In this document: positions 16,849 through 26,104 of the stretch, piece by piece
How positions within the stretch are numbered: position 1 is the stretch's first letter
Layout of the letters: every line of letters starts with the position of its first letter
Assembly (NCBI RefSeq): GCF_001412615.1
Contig: NZ_CP013011.1
Span: 90,001-122,000 of the forward strand
Source: Pyrodictium delaneyi
GTDB taxonomy: Archaea; Thermoproteota; Thermoprotei_A; Sulfolobales; Pyrodictiaceae
Length of the DNA stretch: 32,000 nt
Direction of reading: 5' to 3'
The notes under the pieces: generated by a model
What the model was told of the DNA's origin: nothing
The model's database searches: none
The model's input: only the letters and a program-made list of their open reading frames with translations
Made by a program: the position numbers and the translations under genes

Positions 16849-17985
16849 TTGGAGGGTCGGCTATTGGCTAGCCGCGAGTGTCAGCTGCTACTAGTCAAGA
16901 CTATCCTCGGCATGGAGCGCGTAGCTGCCAGCTATATAGCCGAGATGGACCCTGATGCTCGCATAGAGCCTGCACCCCGGGGATTTAGAGGCTTAGTGCT
17001 CGTCGAGGCCTCCAAGGACAAGTATGAACTAGCCCGGGAGATCGAGGCTAAGGTGCCAGAGGTCGAAAAGGTAGTAGTCGCTGAGGCCTGCACGGAGGCC
17101 GATCCTGCTAAAATAGCTGAAACAGCAGCAGCTCTGGCTCCCCGCTTTATATCGAGCAATGAGACCTTCGCGGTAAGAACAGTGAGGCGTGGAAGGCATG
17201 GCTTCACTAGCATTGATGTAAATGTTGTAGTAGGTGATGCAGTGAGACGCGCCACAGGTGCACAAGTCAACCTTAGATACCCTGATAAGGTTGTGGCTGT
17301 GGAAATAATACAGGATTTGGCGCTTATCGCGTTCTACCCTGGATCGCGTGAATGGCGCAAAATGAAGCCTGGCAAGTATCCCTTATACAAGCTCTTCCGC
17401 CGATTCTCCATAGTGCAGATGCCATACCTTGGCCCTCTTGATGCTTGTAGGACTATGGGCGTAAGAGTTGGGAGAGAAGTCCAGAACTTCGAGGTAGGCG
17501 AACTAGTAGTAGCGCCGATAGGATTAGTCGATGCCCGGCAGCTCTATGAGTTTCTCGGAGGAGTATTTGAGGGTATAGAGTCACGCTACCAGATACAACG
17601 TAGAAGCTATGGTAGAGATGTCCGCCGTGTGCCCGTATACGTGCAGGACCTGTACCAGTTAGTCAGGAGCAGGCACGGCGAGCCCATAATAGTGTTTGAG
17701 CCCGAGGGCGACCCAATATCGAAACGTGCTAAAGACGTGCTGGAGATAGTGAAACGCGGTAGAAGGGTGACATTACTCTTCGGCTCACGTGAAGGGATAC
17801 CAGAGGGTGTCTACAGGTTTGCAGACCTAGTCCTTGACATAGCACCGGGGATAACACTATCGACGGAGTATGCAGCTGCCGCAGCCCTCATAGCTATAGG
17901 AAGTGTTGTGCATGACGAGCTAGCAGCTGAGCAGGTGAACGGCGAGGATTCAGCTGCAGACAAGCAGCCTAAGGATGCAGCCTAG
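16849..17985 (+). CDS. THUMP domain fused to a SPOUT-like domain (predicted RNA methyltransferase)
   Basis: 378-aa ORF with a TTG start. The N-terminal half is ThiI/THUMP-like: ETFAVRTVRRGRHGFTSIDVNVVVGDAV...VNLRYPDKVVAVEII. The C-terminal end resembles a SPOUT knot: VTLLFGSREGIPEGVYRFADLVLDIAPGITLSTEYAAAAALIAIG. Confidence 0.55.
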   Translation: MEGRLLASRECQLLLVKTILGMERVAASYIAEMDPDARIEPAPRGFRGLVLVEASKDKYELAREIEAKVPEVEKVVVAEACTEADPAKIAETAAALAPRFISSNETFAVRTVRRGRHGFTSIDVNVVVGDAVRRATGAQVNLRYPDKVVAVEIIQDLALIAFYPGSREWRKMKPGKYPLYKLFRRFSIVQMPYLGPLDACRTMGVRVGREVQNFEVGELVVAPIGLVDARQLYEFLGGVFEGIESRYQIQRRSYGRDVRRVPVYVQDLYQLVRSRHGEPIIVFEPEGDPISKRAKDVLEIVKRGRRVTLLFGSREGIPEGVYRFADLVLDIAPGITLSTEYAAAAALIAIGSVVHDELAAEQVNGEDSAADKQPKDAA

Positions 17986-18019
17986 GCACTCCTCATGCTA
18001 AGAAAAGAGGTAGACCACC

Positions 18020-18592
18020 TTAGGCGGGCACGCTCTTTGCCTTTAGCAGTCTCGCTATCTGCTTAGCCAGAATAGGGTCTCTACGCCCGAGTTCTCTCAC
18101 AAGACGGCGTAGATTCTGGGCTGGGTCCGGCCTTCTTGGCTGTCTTCGGCGCCTCCTAGGTATGGCTGGCTGCGGTGGTTCAACGTAGTCTCTTATGTCG
18201 TTGAAGAGTGCCTCCCTGGCATCATCCAGCTTTGCGGGCTCTAGAGTAGCAGCAGTAGCCTCCTCTAGTATCGCCTTAACTTCTTCTAGTGGTGCTTCGG
18301 TCTTTATTGCCTCCTCAAGTTCAGCCTTTACAGCCTTAATGAACTCTTCATCCTTGTTCTGGGAGGCCATGTAGAGGAAGGTGTTGGCCACAAGCCCGGA
18401 TAGTATGCCAGCTATGCGCCTTGCCTCGCCTAGTCCAGAGTCCACTGGCTTCAGAGGTGTATAGAGTGCGTCAGCGGCGGCAACTAGTGCTCTAGCGCAG
18501 CTTGCAGGCTCAGTGTTTTCGCCTAGGCATGCTGCCTCTACATAGCTGATAGCCTTCTCGAAAATCGATGCCATTATGTTGCGCCAGGCCAC
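18020..18592 (-). CDS. hypothetical helical protein with Arg-rich C-terminal tail
   Basis: 190-aa ORF (GTG 18592, or ATG 18574 giving MASIFEKAISY). It has an acidic helical middle, then PRRRRRQPRRPD and RRLVRELGRRDPILAKQIARLLKAK. I recognise no family. Confidence 0.5.
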   Translation of the reverse strand: MAWRNIMASIFEKAISYVEAACLGENTEPASCARALVAAADALYTPLKPVDSGLGEARRIAGILSGLVANTFLYMASQNKDEEFIKAVKAELEEAIKTEAPLEEVKAILEEATAATLEPAKLDDAREALFNDIRDYVEPPQPAIPRRRRRQPRRPDPAQNLRRLVRELGRRDPILAKQIARLLKAKSVPA

Positions 18593-18746
18593 GCCGCAGC
18601 GCCTCCATGCCAGCCTCTAGCCATGTAAGGGGTCTGGCACCGCGACTTAGACGATTCTGGAGTAGGGTTATATGGTTATACCACGGCATGCCAGTCACTA
18701 TCTTACAGTATGGGCAAGCGTCGTTAGCAACTAATTAGCCCTATGG

Positions 18747-19454
18747 GTGTTTTGGAGGCCCTTGGGGAAGAGTGTCATGAAGCGCATACTCATACTCTCG
18801 GACATCCATGGCGCGGTTGCGAAGGCCAAGAAACTTGCAAACTTGAAGCGGGACTTGACTATAGTGGCTGGAGACATCTCCAGCTGTGGATCCATAGAGG
18901 AAGCTAGAGCTGTACTAGGAGAGCTTGCGCGACACTCGCCAGTAGTATGGATACCGGGTAACTGTGATAGCCCAGAGCTGCCCAGCATAGAGATTGAGGG
19001 CACACGATGTATCCACATGAGGCTGTATAATCACTATGGGTTAGCCTTAGCTGGTGTGGGGGGTTCGATACATACTCCTTTCGGCACGCCGTTCGAGTAT
19101 AGCGAGGAAGAATTCCGAGCAATGCTCAGCAAACTAGAGGAAGTCATAACCGGAAACAGTAGTGACAGCTTGATACTAGTATCACATACGCCGCCCTATA
19201 TGAGTGGGCTGGATCGGGTACGAGGAGGCGCCTACGTTGGTAGCCTGAGTCTCCGCGAGTTTGTGGCACGGGTAAAGCCGCGCCTGCTAGTCACTGGGCA
19301 CATACATGAGGCGTGGGGTGTCGCAAGCGTTGAAGGAGTGCTTACCGTCAATCCCGGTCCGCTAGAAGCTGGGAGGTATGCAGTTGCCGACATAGAGCCG
19401 GACAAGGATATTGTGAGGATACGTCTCGCGAAACTACCTGAGACCGGGGACTAG
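18747..19454 (+). CDS. calcineurin-like metallophosphoesterase (MJ0936/YfcE-like)
   Basis: Motifs are ILILSDIHG, VAGDIS, GNCD, SHTPP and GHIHE. The likely start is ATG 18777 (MKRILILSDIHG). Confidence 0.85.
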   Translation: MFWRPLGKSVMKRILILSDIHGAVAKAKKLANLKRDLTIVAGDISSCGSIEEARAVLGELARHSPVVWIPGNCDSPELPSIEIEGTRCIHMRLYNHYGLALAGVGGSIHTPFGTPFEYSEEEFRAMLSKLEEVITGNSSDSLILVSHTPPYMSGLDRVRGGAYVGSLSLREFVARVKPRLLVTGHIHEAWGVASVEGVLTVNPGPLEAGRYAVADIEPDKDIVRIRLAKLPETGD

Positions 19455-19646
19455 GGTCGAATACTCGATGGGTGTGTGGAGAGGAGGCTCAGTAATCCCG
19501 GCCTGGTGCTGCTCCACACCACGGATTCGGCGAAGAGCGCTCACATCATAGCCTCCTTGCTCTACGTACGCTGAGTAATGGCTTGTGAGTAGCAGTATAT
19601 TAATTCTGGGCTTCACAGCACGCCGTGCCCGGGGGTGTAGAGAAGA

Positions 19647-19892
19647 GTGTCGACCTCCGGGCTCAAGGGCATAAACGCTGTCGGCCACAGAGGCTGGGTA
19701 GAAGTCAAGTGTAGGATCTGTGCCAAGAAGCTAGATATAACGCTAGACATAGTGTATGCGTGTCAGCACTGTCGTGACCGCTACGACGCATACTTCTGCA
19801 CGGCCGATGCGAGGAGGCTACACTACCGTTGCCCCTTCTGCGGCCGTGAACTCCAGCCCATAACTCCCTGGATAGCCCAGAAGCGCCGCTAA
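19647..19892 (+). CDS. small zinc-ribbon protein (hypothetical)
   Basis: 81-aa ORF with a GTG start and three CxxC pairs (CRIC, CQHC, CPFC) plus one extra Cys. I recognise no family. Confidence 0.45.
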   Translation: MSTSGLKGINAVGHRGWVEVKCRICAKKLDITLDIVYACQHCRDRYDAYFCTADARRLHYRCPFCGRELQPITPWIAQKRR

Positions 19893-20046
19893 CTAGCCTA
19901 AGCCCCGGCTTCACGCAATTTTAACGGCACCTTCATTCTACACATCTCTCTTTGTACGCACCACAATACAATAATGTCTCGGCTTGTAGTATATGCTTTA
20001 GCCTTAGTCTTGTAGCAGCTTACGAATATGATACGGAATAGCTGCG

Positions 20047-20571
20047 GTGAATAGTGCTATGAAAGTACCTCCTGCAGCTGAGCAACCAGAGATCGTGGAA
20101 GCGTGGCGAGACGTTAAAGAATACTGGTATGAAACTTTTAGAAGAGTTCTCCTAATCCGTGATGCGACTGGCTGTATAATTCTCTCATTCGACGTCTATA
20201 GTAAACTTGACAGGCTTCCTCAGGAGTACAAGATAGTGTCTAGACTTGACACCGGAGCTCCTGTTGAGATTATATATGCTGATGTTAGTAATTTAGTTGA
20301 TGGAATTGATGATCTGAAGCCGGATAAGGTGGAAATCGCAATAATTCATTCACATGGCGAGGTAGGCGAGCGCTACGAGATTAGTGATGTAAGGATAGTA
20401 TGCTGTAGTTGTCGCGACTTATCCTACGAGGAGGTTTACAACATCTACCGGGTTATCGTGGAGCGTATTGAGCAGCGTAGTCCGGAGAGCAACGCTCTAG
20501 AGCCGCCTAAACCAGTTGAAAGAGTCTACAGTACTAGGCTCGCAAACAGTAGGAGGCGAGGCTACTCCTAG
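20047..20571 (+). CDS. hypothetical protein
   Basis: 174-aa ORF (GTG 20047 or ATG 20059) in the low-GC segment directly upstream of lig. It has a basic tail RLANSRRRGYS and no recognisable motifs. Confidence 0.45.
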   Translation: MNSAMKVPPAAEQPEIVEAWRDVKEYWYETFRRVLLIRDATGCIILSFDVYSKLDRLPQEYKIVSRLDTGAPVEIIYADVSNLVDGIDDLKPDKVEIAIIHSHGEVGERYEISDVRIVCCSCRDLSYEEVYNIYRVIVERIEQRSPESNALEPPKPVERVYSTRLANSRRRGYS

Positions 20572-20634
20572 GGAGGAGCCTCAAGCCCGGAGTATTATAA
20601 GGGGAGTATTGCCGTCTAACCATAGATAAGGGAT

Positions 20635-22455
20635 GTGCGAGTTATGCCTATGCCATTCTCCACACTGGCTGAAACCTTCGAGAAGCTGGAGCGGGTCACA
20701 TCGCGTACACAGATGCTCTTGTACCTGGTAGAACTCTTCAAGAAGACACCACCGGATGTGATAGACAAGGTTGTCTACTTCCTACAGGGTAAGCTCTGGC
20801 CCGACTGGAAAGGCCTGCCAGAGCTTGGTGTTGGCGAAAAGCTTCTCATAAAAGCAGCTGCTATAGCACTCCATGTCTCTGAACATCAGTTAGAACAGAT
20901 GGCTAAAAGACTAGGTGACATAGGTCGTACTATAGAGATAATTAAGACTGAGAAAGAGAAGAAAGCTTCAGCCCCAGGACTACTAGCATTCATGAAGAAG
21001 CCGAGTACAAGTACAACAGGGCTTACCGTTGAGAAAGTCTACGATACATTGGCAAAGATAGCACTGGCGCAAGGAGAGGGAAGCCGAGACATAAAGCTAA
21101 AGTTGCTCGCGGGGCTGCTAGCTGAGGCTTCTCCCAAAGAGGCCAAATATATTGCACGTTTCGTTGAAGGACGTCTAAGGTTAGGAGTAGGAGATGCAAC
21201 AATCATGGAGGCTCTTGCAGTAGTATACGCTGGCAGTGCGGCTATGAGAAGTATTGTAGAGAGAGCTTACAACTTGCGCGCAGACTTGGGTATGATAGCT
21301 AAGATACTGGCTACAGAGGGCGTGGATACTCTGAAAAACATTAAGCCTGAAGTGGGTATACCAATTAGGCCTATGTTGGCTGAAAGACTCAATGATCCAG
21401 TAGAGATATTGAAAAAACTTGGTGGTAGGGCACTTGTAGAATACAAGTATGACGGTGAACGGGCTCAAATACATAAAAAAGGAGATAAGATATGGATATT
21501 CTCTCGCCGTCTAGAGAACATAACACATATGTACCCGGATGTAGTAGAAATGGCCCGCAAAGGCATAAAAGTCGAGGAAGCCATAGTAGAGGGTGAAATA
21601 GTAGCCATAGATCCAGATACGGGTGAGCTACGGCCCTTCCAGGTTCTAATGCATCGGCGTCGCAAACATGATATCCACATAGTCCTATCTGAGATCCCAG
21701 TCGCGGTATACCTCTTTGATACAGTCTACGTAGATGGCAACGACTTGACAGTGAAACCACTGCCCAAGAGACATGAAATGCTCGAAAAAATCATAGAACC
21801 GAGCGACCGGTGGCAAATAGCAAAAGGTATAGTGACAGATAGCCCCGAAGAGTTAGAAACATTCTTCCTCAAAGCTATAGAGGACGGAGCAGAAGGTGTG
21901 ATGGCAAAGGCTATGCATGACCGTAGCATATACCAAGCAGGCTCCCGCGGGTGGCTATGGATAAAGTATAAGCGTGACTACAAGTCCGAAATGAATGATA
22001 CTGTGGACCTCGTAGTAATAGGAGCATTTTATGGTAAGGGTCGGCGCGGTGGCAAGTTTGGAGCATTGCTCATGGCAGCCTATGACCCTGACACTGATAC
22101 ATTCAAGAGTGTATGTAAGGTTGGCAGTGGCTTCACTGACGAAGATCTAGAACGCTTAGACGATATGTTAAAACCATATATACGTGACCATAAACCGGCT
22201 CGTGTTGATAGCCAGATGAAGCCAGATGTATGGGTTGAGCCGGCATTAGTAGCCGAGATTATAGGTGCAGAGTTAACACTAAGTCCAATACATACATGTT
22301 GTTATGGCTGGGCAAAGAAGGGAGCAGGTATCTCAATAAGATTCCCGCGATTCATAAGGTGGCGTCCAGACAAGGGTCCTGAGGATGCAACAACCACAAA
22401 GGAGCTATATGAGATGTACCAGCGACAACTAAGAAAGGTAAAAGAGCAGACCTAG
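20635..22455 (+). CDS. lig: ATP-dependent DNA ligase
   Basis: The adenylation motif I is EYKYDGERAQIH. EGEIVA, GAEGVMAK, WIKYKRDY and FPRFIRWRPDK are also present. The likely start is ATG 20644 or 20650 (MPFSTLAETFEKLE). A TATA-like TATTATAA lies at 20593-20600. Confidence 0.95.
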   Translation: MRVMPMPFSTLAETFEKLERVTSRTQMLLYLVELFKKTPPDVIDKVVYFLQGKLWPDWKGLPELGVGEKLLIKAAAIALHVSEHQLEQMAKRLGDIGRTIEIIKTEKEKKASAPGLLAFMKKPSTSTTGLTVEKVYDTLAKIALAQGEGSRDIKLKLLAGLLAEASPKEAKYIARFVEGRLRLGVGDATIMEALAVVYAGSAAMRSIVERAYNLRADLGMIAKILATEGVDTLKNIKPEVGIPIRPMLAERLNDPVEILKKLGGRALVEYKYDGERAQIHKKGDKIWIFSRRLENITHMYPDVVEMARKGIKVEEAIVEGEIVAIDPDTGELRPFQVLMHRRRKHDIHIVLSEIPVAVYLFDTVYVDGNDLTVKPLPKRHEMLEKIIEPSDRWQIAKGIVTDSPEELETFFLKAIEDGAEGVMAKAMHDRSIYQAGSRGWLWIKYKRDYKSEMNDTVDLVVIGAFYGKGRRGGKFGALLMAAYDPDTDTFKSVCKVGSGFTDEDLERLDDMLKPYIRDHKPARVDSQMKPDVWVEPALVAEIIGAELTLSPIHTCCYGWAKKGAGISIRFPRFIRWRPDKGPEDATTTKELYEMYQRQLRKVKEQT

Positions 22456-22794
22456 ATGCAGGGTATAGATTGAAAACTAGCTCGACACATTATGCTGTAT
22501 AACAGCAAGTGAATAAACTTTATTCATCTTCACATAATACTGGCTGGTATGATGTCGTATAACTCGGCTATGAGGACTACCCGGCAAGTAGGAGCCTCCG
22601 CTGTGGCTATGACTGTTCAGAGTTTCGCCGAGCCCATTATACCCTCCATTCTCCTTCATACATCATTCCTTTAAGAGTATAGTATGCCCTAAAAGGGTAT
22701 AGGATGAAAGGATAGGAATCTGGGGGCTATGAAGAGGGACCCCATGCAGAGAGCCTTACTAAAAAGGTGGATCCGTAGAACCCGAGGATACTCT

Positions 22795-24378
22795 CTAGGA
22801 TTCTCCTCGGGGATGTTGTGGGGCCGGCGCTTCAGAGCCTCCCCTTCCATTTTCAGACCCGGTTGGCATTGAGGTTTCCTTCCTCTTAGCTGAGGGTCGG
22901 AGTAATAGTGATAATAGTTTCCTAGTAGTTATAGTTCCTATGATCTCGCCTCGATCATTCACAACAGCTATGATTGGTTCATGTAGCAGCGATATATCTG
23001 AAAGTATCTCTACAAGAGTTTTATCTGCTGGAACTATCGGCACCTCAGTTCGCAGGAAGAAGCGCAACGGCAGGCGCCTCAGTAACTGGGGGTCAGCTTC
23101 AACAAAATCCTCGGCTGTAACGTAACCTACAGGACGCATATACTCGTCTACAACGACTGCAGCTCCTTTCTCTGAGACTATTTTTGCTGCGTACTCGGCT
23201 CGCTCATCTACATGGATTATATCCATGTCGAGATCTATGTCGCGTAGTCTTAGCCGGAGCGCGTCGGGTTTACGCTCTGAGACACGGAAGGACAACGATG
23301 ACAATATTGTAGAAGCTATAACTGCTACAAGCGTGGCTGTGTACATGTTGTAACCTAGGAGCTTTGCTTGAAGTAATGAAAGTAGCAGTGCTGCGTCAAC
23401 ACCGCCCTTGGCTAGGTATATGAGTCGTTCCCTTCCCTGGAATCCCTCCATTGAGGCTATTGCTATCTTTGGGAGTGATGCGGCGAGCAAGAGAGCTGCA
23501 GAAATTAATAGAGTAGTTGCTGATGGGCGTATGGCATGAACACCTATGCCGATGAAGAATAATGGTTCTAAGAAGCCGTAAGTGAATGCTCTTATACGCT
23601 CAAGGTATAGCGGGCGGAGTTCCATATACTCTGAGAGAAAGACGCCTAGCAAAAGGGCGGTTACAGCAGCATTGAAGCCGAGGGCTTCAGCTATGTAACC
23701 TGCCATTATAACCATTGCTACTACTATGGCGAACGGTGCCTCTTTTACAGCCATATGTCTCTCTATAAACATTAAAATCTCGTCGAGGTAGTGTCTGCCA
23801 ACCATGTAAACTAGTGCTACGAATGCAGCTGACTGAACAAGCTTAGTAACATTAAAGCCCTGGGTTACAGTGTTGAAGAGTATAAGGCTGACTATCTCAA
23901 CGAGAAGGCCAACTCTCATTGCAGCTATTTCACGTTCTCCAAGAGTTCCCTTAGAGAGGAGTATTTTCATCAATGGTCCTGCACTGATTATACTCATTAT
24001 AAGACCTATGCCCAAGGCGGTCCGTAGGGAAACGTCGGTGAGAATCCATAACACGGCGAGGGTAGAAATCATGGAACCTGAAAGTAGGAGAAATGTTGCA
24101 ATGATGTCTTGACGCCGTGGTACTAGAAGTGAAGGGTTAGAGAGCTCTTCTATACCTGCAAGGAATAGTGTAAAGTTTATACCTAGCATGAAAAGAAGTG
24201 ATGCAGACTCCAGATCCTCTGGTGTAACAACACCTAATACAGCACTACTTAGAACCAAGCCAGCAAGTACCGAGCCTATGAAGCCCGGTAAACGGGTTCG
24301 TTCGGCAACCTCTTCGCCTATCTTGGAAGCGAGAAGGAGCATACCAACTAAGACCGCAGCATGAACGGTTTCATGCAT
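22795..24378 (-). CDS. cation:proton antiporter (CPA2/Kef-type membrane domain) fused to a C-terminal CBS pair
   Basis: 527-aa ORF. The first ~360 aa are polytopic hydrophobic sequence typical of the Na+/H+ exchanger family. The C-terminal end has two CBS-like repeats (VGYVTAEDF... and IIAVVNDRGEIIGTITTRKLL). Confidence 0.8.
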   Translation of the reverse strand: MHETVHAAVLVGMLLLASKIGEEVAERTRLPGFIGSVLAGLVLSSAVLGVVTPEDLESASLLFMLGINFTLFLAGIEELSNPSLLVPRRQDIIATFLLLSGSMISTLAVLWILTDVSLRTALGIGLIMSIISAGPLMKILLSKGTLGEREIAAMRVGLLVEIVSLILFNTVTQGFNVTKLVQSAAFVALVYMVGRHYLDEILMFIERHMAVKEAPFAIVVAMVIMAGYIAEALGFNAAVTALLLGVFLSEYMELRPLYLERIRAFTYGFLEPLFFIGIGVHAIRPSATTLLISAALLLAASLPKIAIASMEGFQGRERLIYLAKGGVDAALLLSLLQAKLLGYNMYTATLVAVIASTILSSLSFRVSERKPDALRLRLRDIDLDMDIIHVDERAEYAAKIVSEKGAAVVVDEYMRPVGYVTAEDFVEADPQLLRRLPLRFFLRTEVPIVPADKTLVEILSDISLLHEPIIAVVNDRGEIIGTITTRKLLSLLLRPSAKRKETSMPTGSENGRGGSEAPAPQHPRGES

Positions 24379-24535
24379 ATGCGTCTAGCCCTCCTAACAA
24401 TTATTGTATAAATCCTTACCATGTTGTCGATGTACCGCGGCATAGATGAACTTGTAACTCTCTCATTAATTATTTATTATATCAAAATTAAACAATTTAG
24501 CTTACAAAGAGAGAGTTGAATTGCGAACTCGCTTC

Positions 24536-24551
24536 GCCCCTAGCTAGGGGC
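24536..24551 (-). terminator. perfect 16-nt palindrome downstream of the 167-aa gene, followed by T-rich sequence on the minus strand
   Basis: GCCCCTAGCTAGGGGC is a perfect palindrome about 50 nt after the stop at 24604. On the minus strand it is followed by CTCTCTCTTT and TTGTTTAATTTTG. It could equally be a protein-binding site in the antiporter promoter region. Confidence 0.3.
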
Positions 24552-24603
24552 TCGCTGCATCTGTTAACGTGCTTTTAGAGTTTCCTCTTGCTAGGGCTGG
24601 AAG

Positions 24604-25107
24604 CTAGATAAACGAGGAACTTTGCGATTGTTGTGGTGCTGTAATAGTATGAGGAAACTTCTCCCACAATAATGCATTAACTATTAGGAACACGTTTACA
24701 AGTCTGGCAGAATCATCCACGAGTCGCTGCCTTGTAATCTCATCGTTGAAAAGTAGTATCTCAGCAACCAGCGCTACGGGGGAGGTAACGCCACCTTGGA
24801 GCGCTATACGGCAATACGGGCATATGGAGAGAACGCGGTCAAGCATTGTTGCGGAGAATCTGATACGTTCCTCGACTGGTAACCGTATTAGTTCCTCTCT
24901 GTGCTTATCAGAGAAGTTAACACCCATACCTATTACTATTCCACCGGTCTTTAGTCCAAAGATTCTAAGCTTAACTTGTACAGGGGGTGGTGTCGATACT
25001 GCTAGCCCCCACTCAGCATTAGATGGGAGGGCTGTGTTGAGCGGAGCGACTATGAATCCGGCACTCGTTAGCCATGCAGTAACTCTGTCCTTAGAATTTT
25101 GTGTCAT
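24604..25107 (-). CDS. hypothetical conserved-looking soluble protein
   Basis: 167-aa ORF with an ATG start, transcribed divergently from the KaiC-like gene. It contains a CPYC pair. I cannot place it in a family with confidence. Confidence 0.5.
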   Translation of the reverse strand: MTQNSKDRVTAWLTSAGFIVAPLNTALPSNAEWGLAVSTPPPVQVKLRIFGLKTGGIVIGMGVNFSDKHREELIRLPVEERIRFSATMLDRVLSICPYCRIALQGGVTSPVALVAEILLFNDEITRQRLVDDSARLVNVFLIVNALLWEKFPHTITAPQQSQSSSFI

Positions 25108-25328
25108 AGTTAGCCAGCCTCTCTAGACCAGGATGTATACTCTAGGGATATACGAGCCCTAATAGAGTGCGTGGGGCTAGGATTTTAGAGATAACTAGTG
25201 CGGAGATAGCTACAATAATAGCTGATGTTGGTGTTTTGTTCCTAGCTGTTGCGAACTAGCTACTAGCGTCTGGTGTCACTTTATAATACTGTGTATGATC
25301 TCTATATTACTGTGGAGGGTGAAGATAT

Positions 25329-26090
25329 ATGCCCGTAGAGCGGGTAAAGACCGGGATTCCCGGTCTAGACGAGATACTATATGGTGGTATTCCGCGTAGG
25401 AATGTAGTGCTGCTGAGCGGTGGACCGGGGACTGGCAAGACGATTATGAGTCAACAATACCTCTGGAACGGGTTACAGATGGGTGAGCCTGGTGTCTATG
25501 TTGCGCTCGAGGAGCATCCTGTACAAGTCCGTATAAACATGAGCCAGTTCGGCTGGGATGTACGGCCTTATGAACGCGAAGGTGTATTTGCAATAGTAGA
25601 TGCATTCACTGGTGGTATAGGAGAAGCCGCAAAAAGGGAGCGTTATGTGGTACGTGACCCTACTGACGTGGGGCTACTGATAGACGTCCTTAAGGAGGCC
25701 ATAAGGGACACTGGAGCTCAGCGCGTAGTAATAGACTCAGTATCAACCCTATACCTCACCAAGCCCAGCGTGGCCCGGAGCGTAGTAATGATGCTAAAGC
25801 GTGTCCTAAGTGGTCTAGGTACTACAAGCTTCCTAGTCAGCCAAGTATCCGTGACTGAGAGAGGGTTCGGCGGCCCAGGCGTAGAGCATGCAGCTGACGG
25901 TATTATAAGGCTGGATCTAGACGAGATTGAAGGAGAGCTTAAGAGAAGCATACTAATCTGGAAGATGAGAGGCACCAAGCACAGCATGAGGAGGCATCCG
26001 TTCGAGATAACAGATAAGGGCATAGTAATCTATCCGAATAAGGTACTAAGGGTCACAAGAAGAGGCGTCTTTGAGGAAAGTATAGGCTAA
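25329..26090 (+). CDS. single-domain KaiC-like/RadA-paralogue RecA-superfamily ATPase
   Basis: [13 protein letters not shown], Walker [16 protein letters not shown], Walker B RVVIDSVS and the [19 protein letters not shown] tail are present. An SD GGAGGGTGA lies upstream. Confidence 0.85.
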   Translation: MPVERVKTGIPGLDEILYGGIPRRNVVLLSGGPGTGKTIMSQQYLWNGLQMGEPGVYVALEEHPVQVRINMSQFGWDVRPYEREGVFAIVDAFTGGIGEAAKRERYVVRDPTDVGLLIDVLKEAIRDTGAQRVVIDSVSTLYLTKPSVARSVVMMLKRVLSGLGTTSFLVSQVSVTERGFGGPGVEHAADGIIRLDLDEIEGELKRSILIWKMRGTKHSMRRHPFEITDKGIVIYPNKVLRVTRRGVFEESIG

Positions 26091-26104
26091 ACGGGTTTGA
26101 GTAG

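Noticed and set aside
16932-17270. 112-aa and 78-aa minus-strand ORFs inside the THUMP gene
   Set aside because: Antisense shadows with Ala/Ser/Thr-rich composition.
18510-19122. Minus-strand ORFs 18510-18698, 18731-19018 and 18904-19122
   Set aside because: They overlap the divergent promoter region or lie antisense to the well-supported metallophosphoesterase. None has motifs.
19434-19688. 84-aa minus-strand ORF between the phosphoesterase and the zinc-ribbon ORF
   Set aside because: It has no recognisable domain. It overlaps both neighbouring plus-strand genes and has an Arg/His-rich composition. I keep it only as a possibility (see the finding at 19434-19892).
19898-19915. AAGCCCCGGCTTCAC after the zinc-ribbon ORF as a fourth, loop-deleted copy of the hairpin element
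   Set aside because: Only about 9 + 6 nt match, there is no hairpin, and the CTACTCGCC partner is missing. This is compatible with chance.
21181-21929. Four minus-strand ORFs (67-123 aa) inside lig
   Set aside because: Antisense to DNA ligase. Such open frames are expected by chance in this lower-GC gene.
22477-22659. 60-aa minus-strand ORF in the lig/antiporter spacer
   Set aside because: His/Ser/Gly-rich with no start context. The repeated octamers explain the region better than this frame does.
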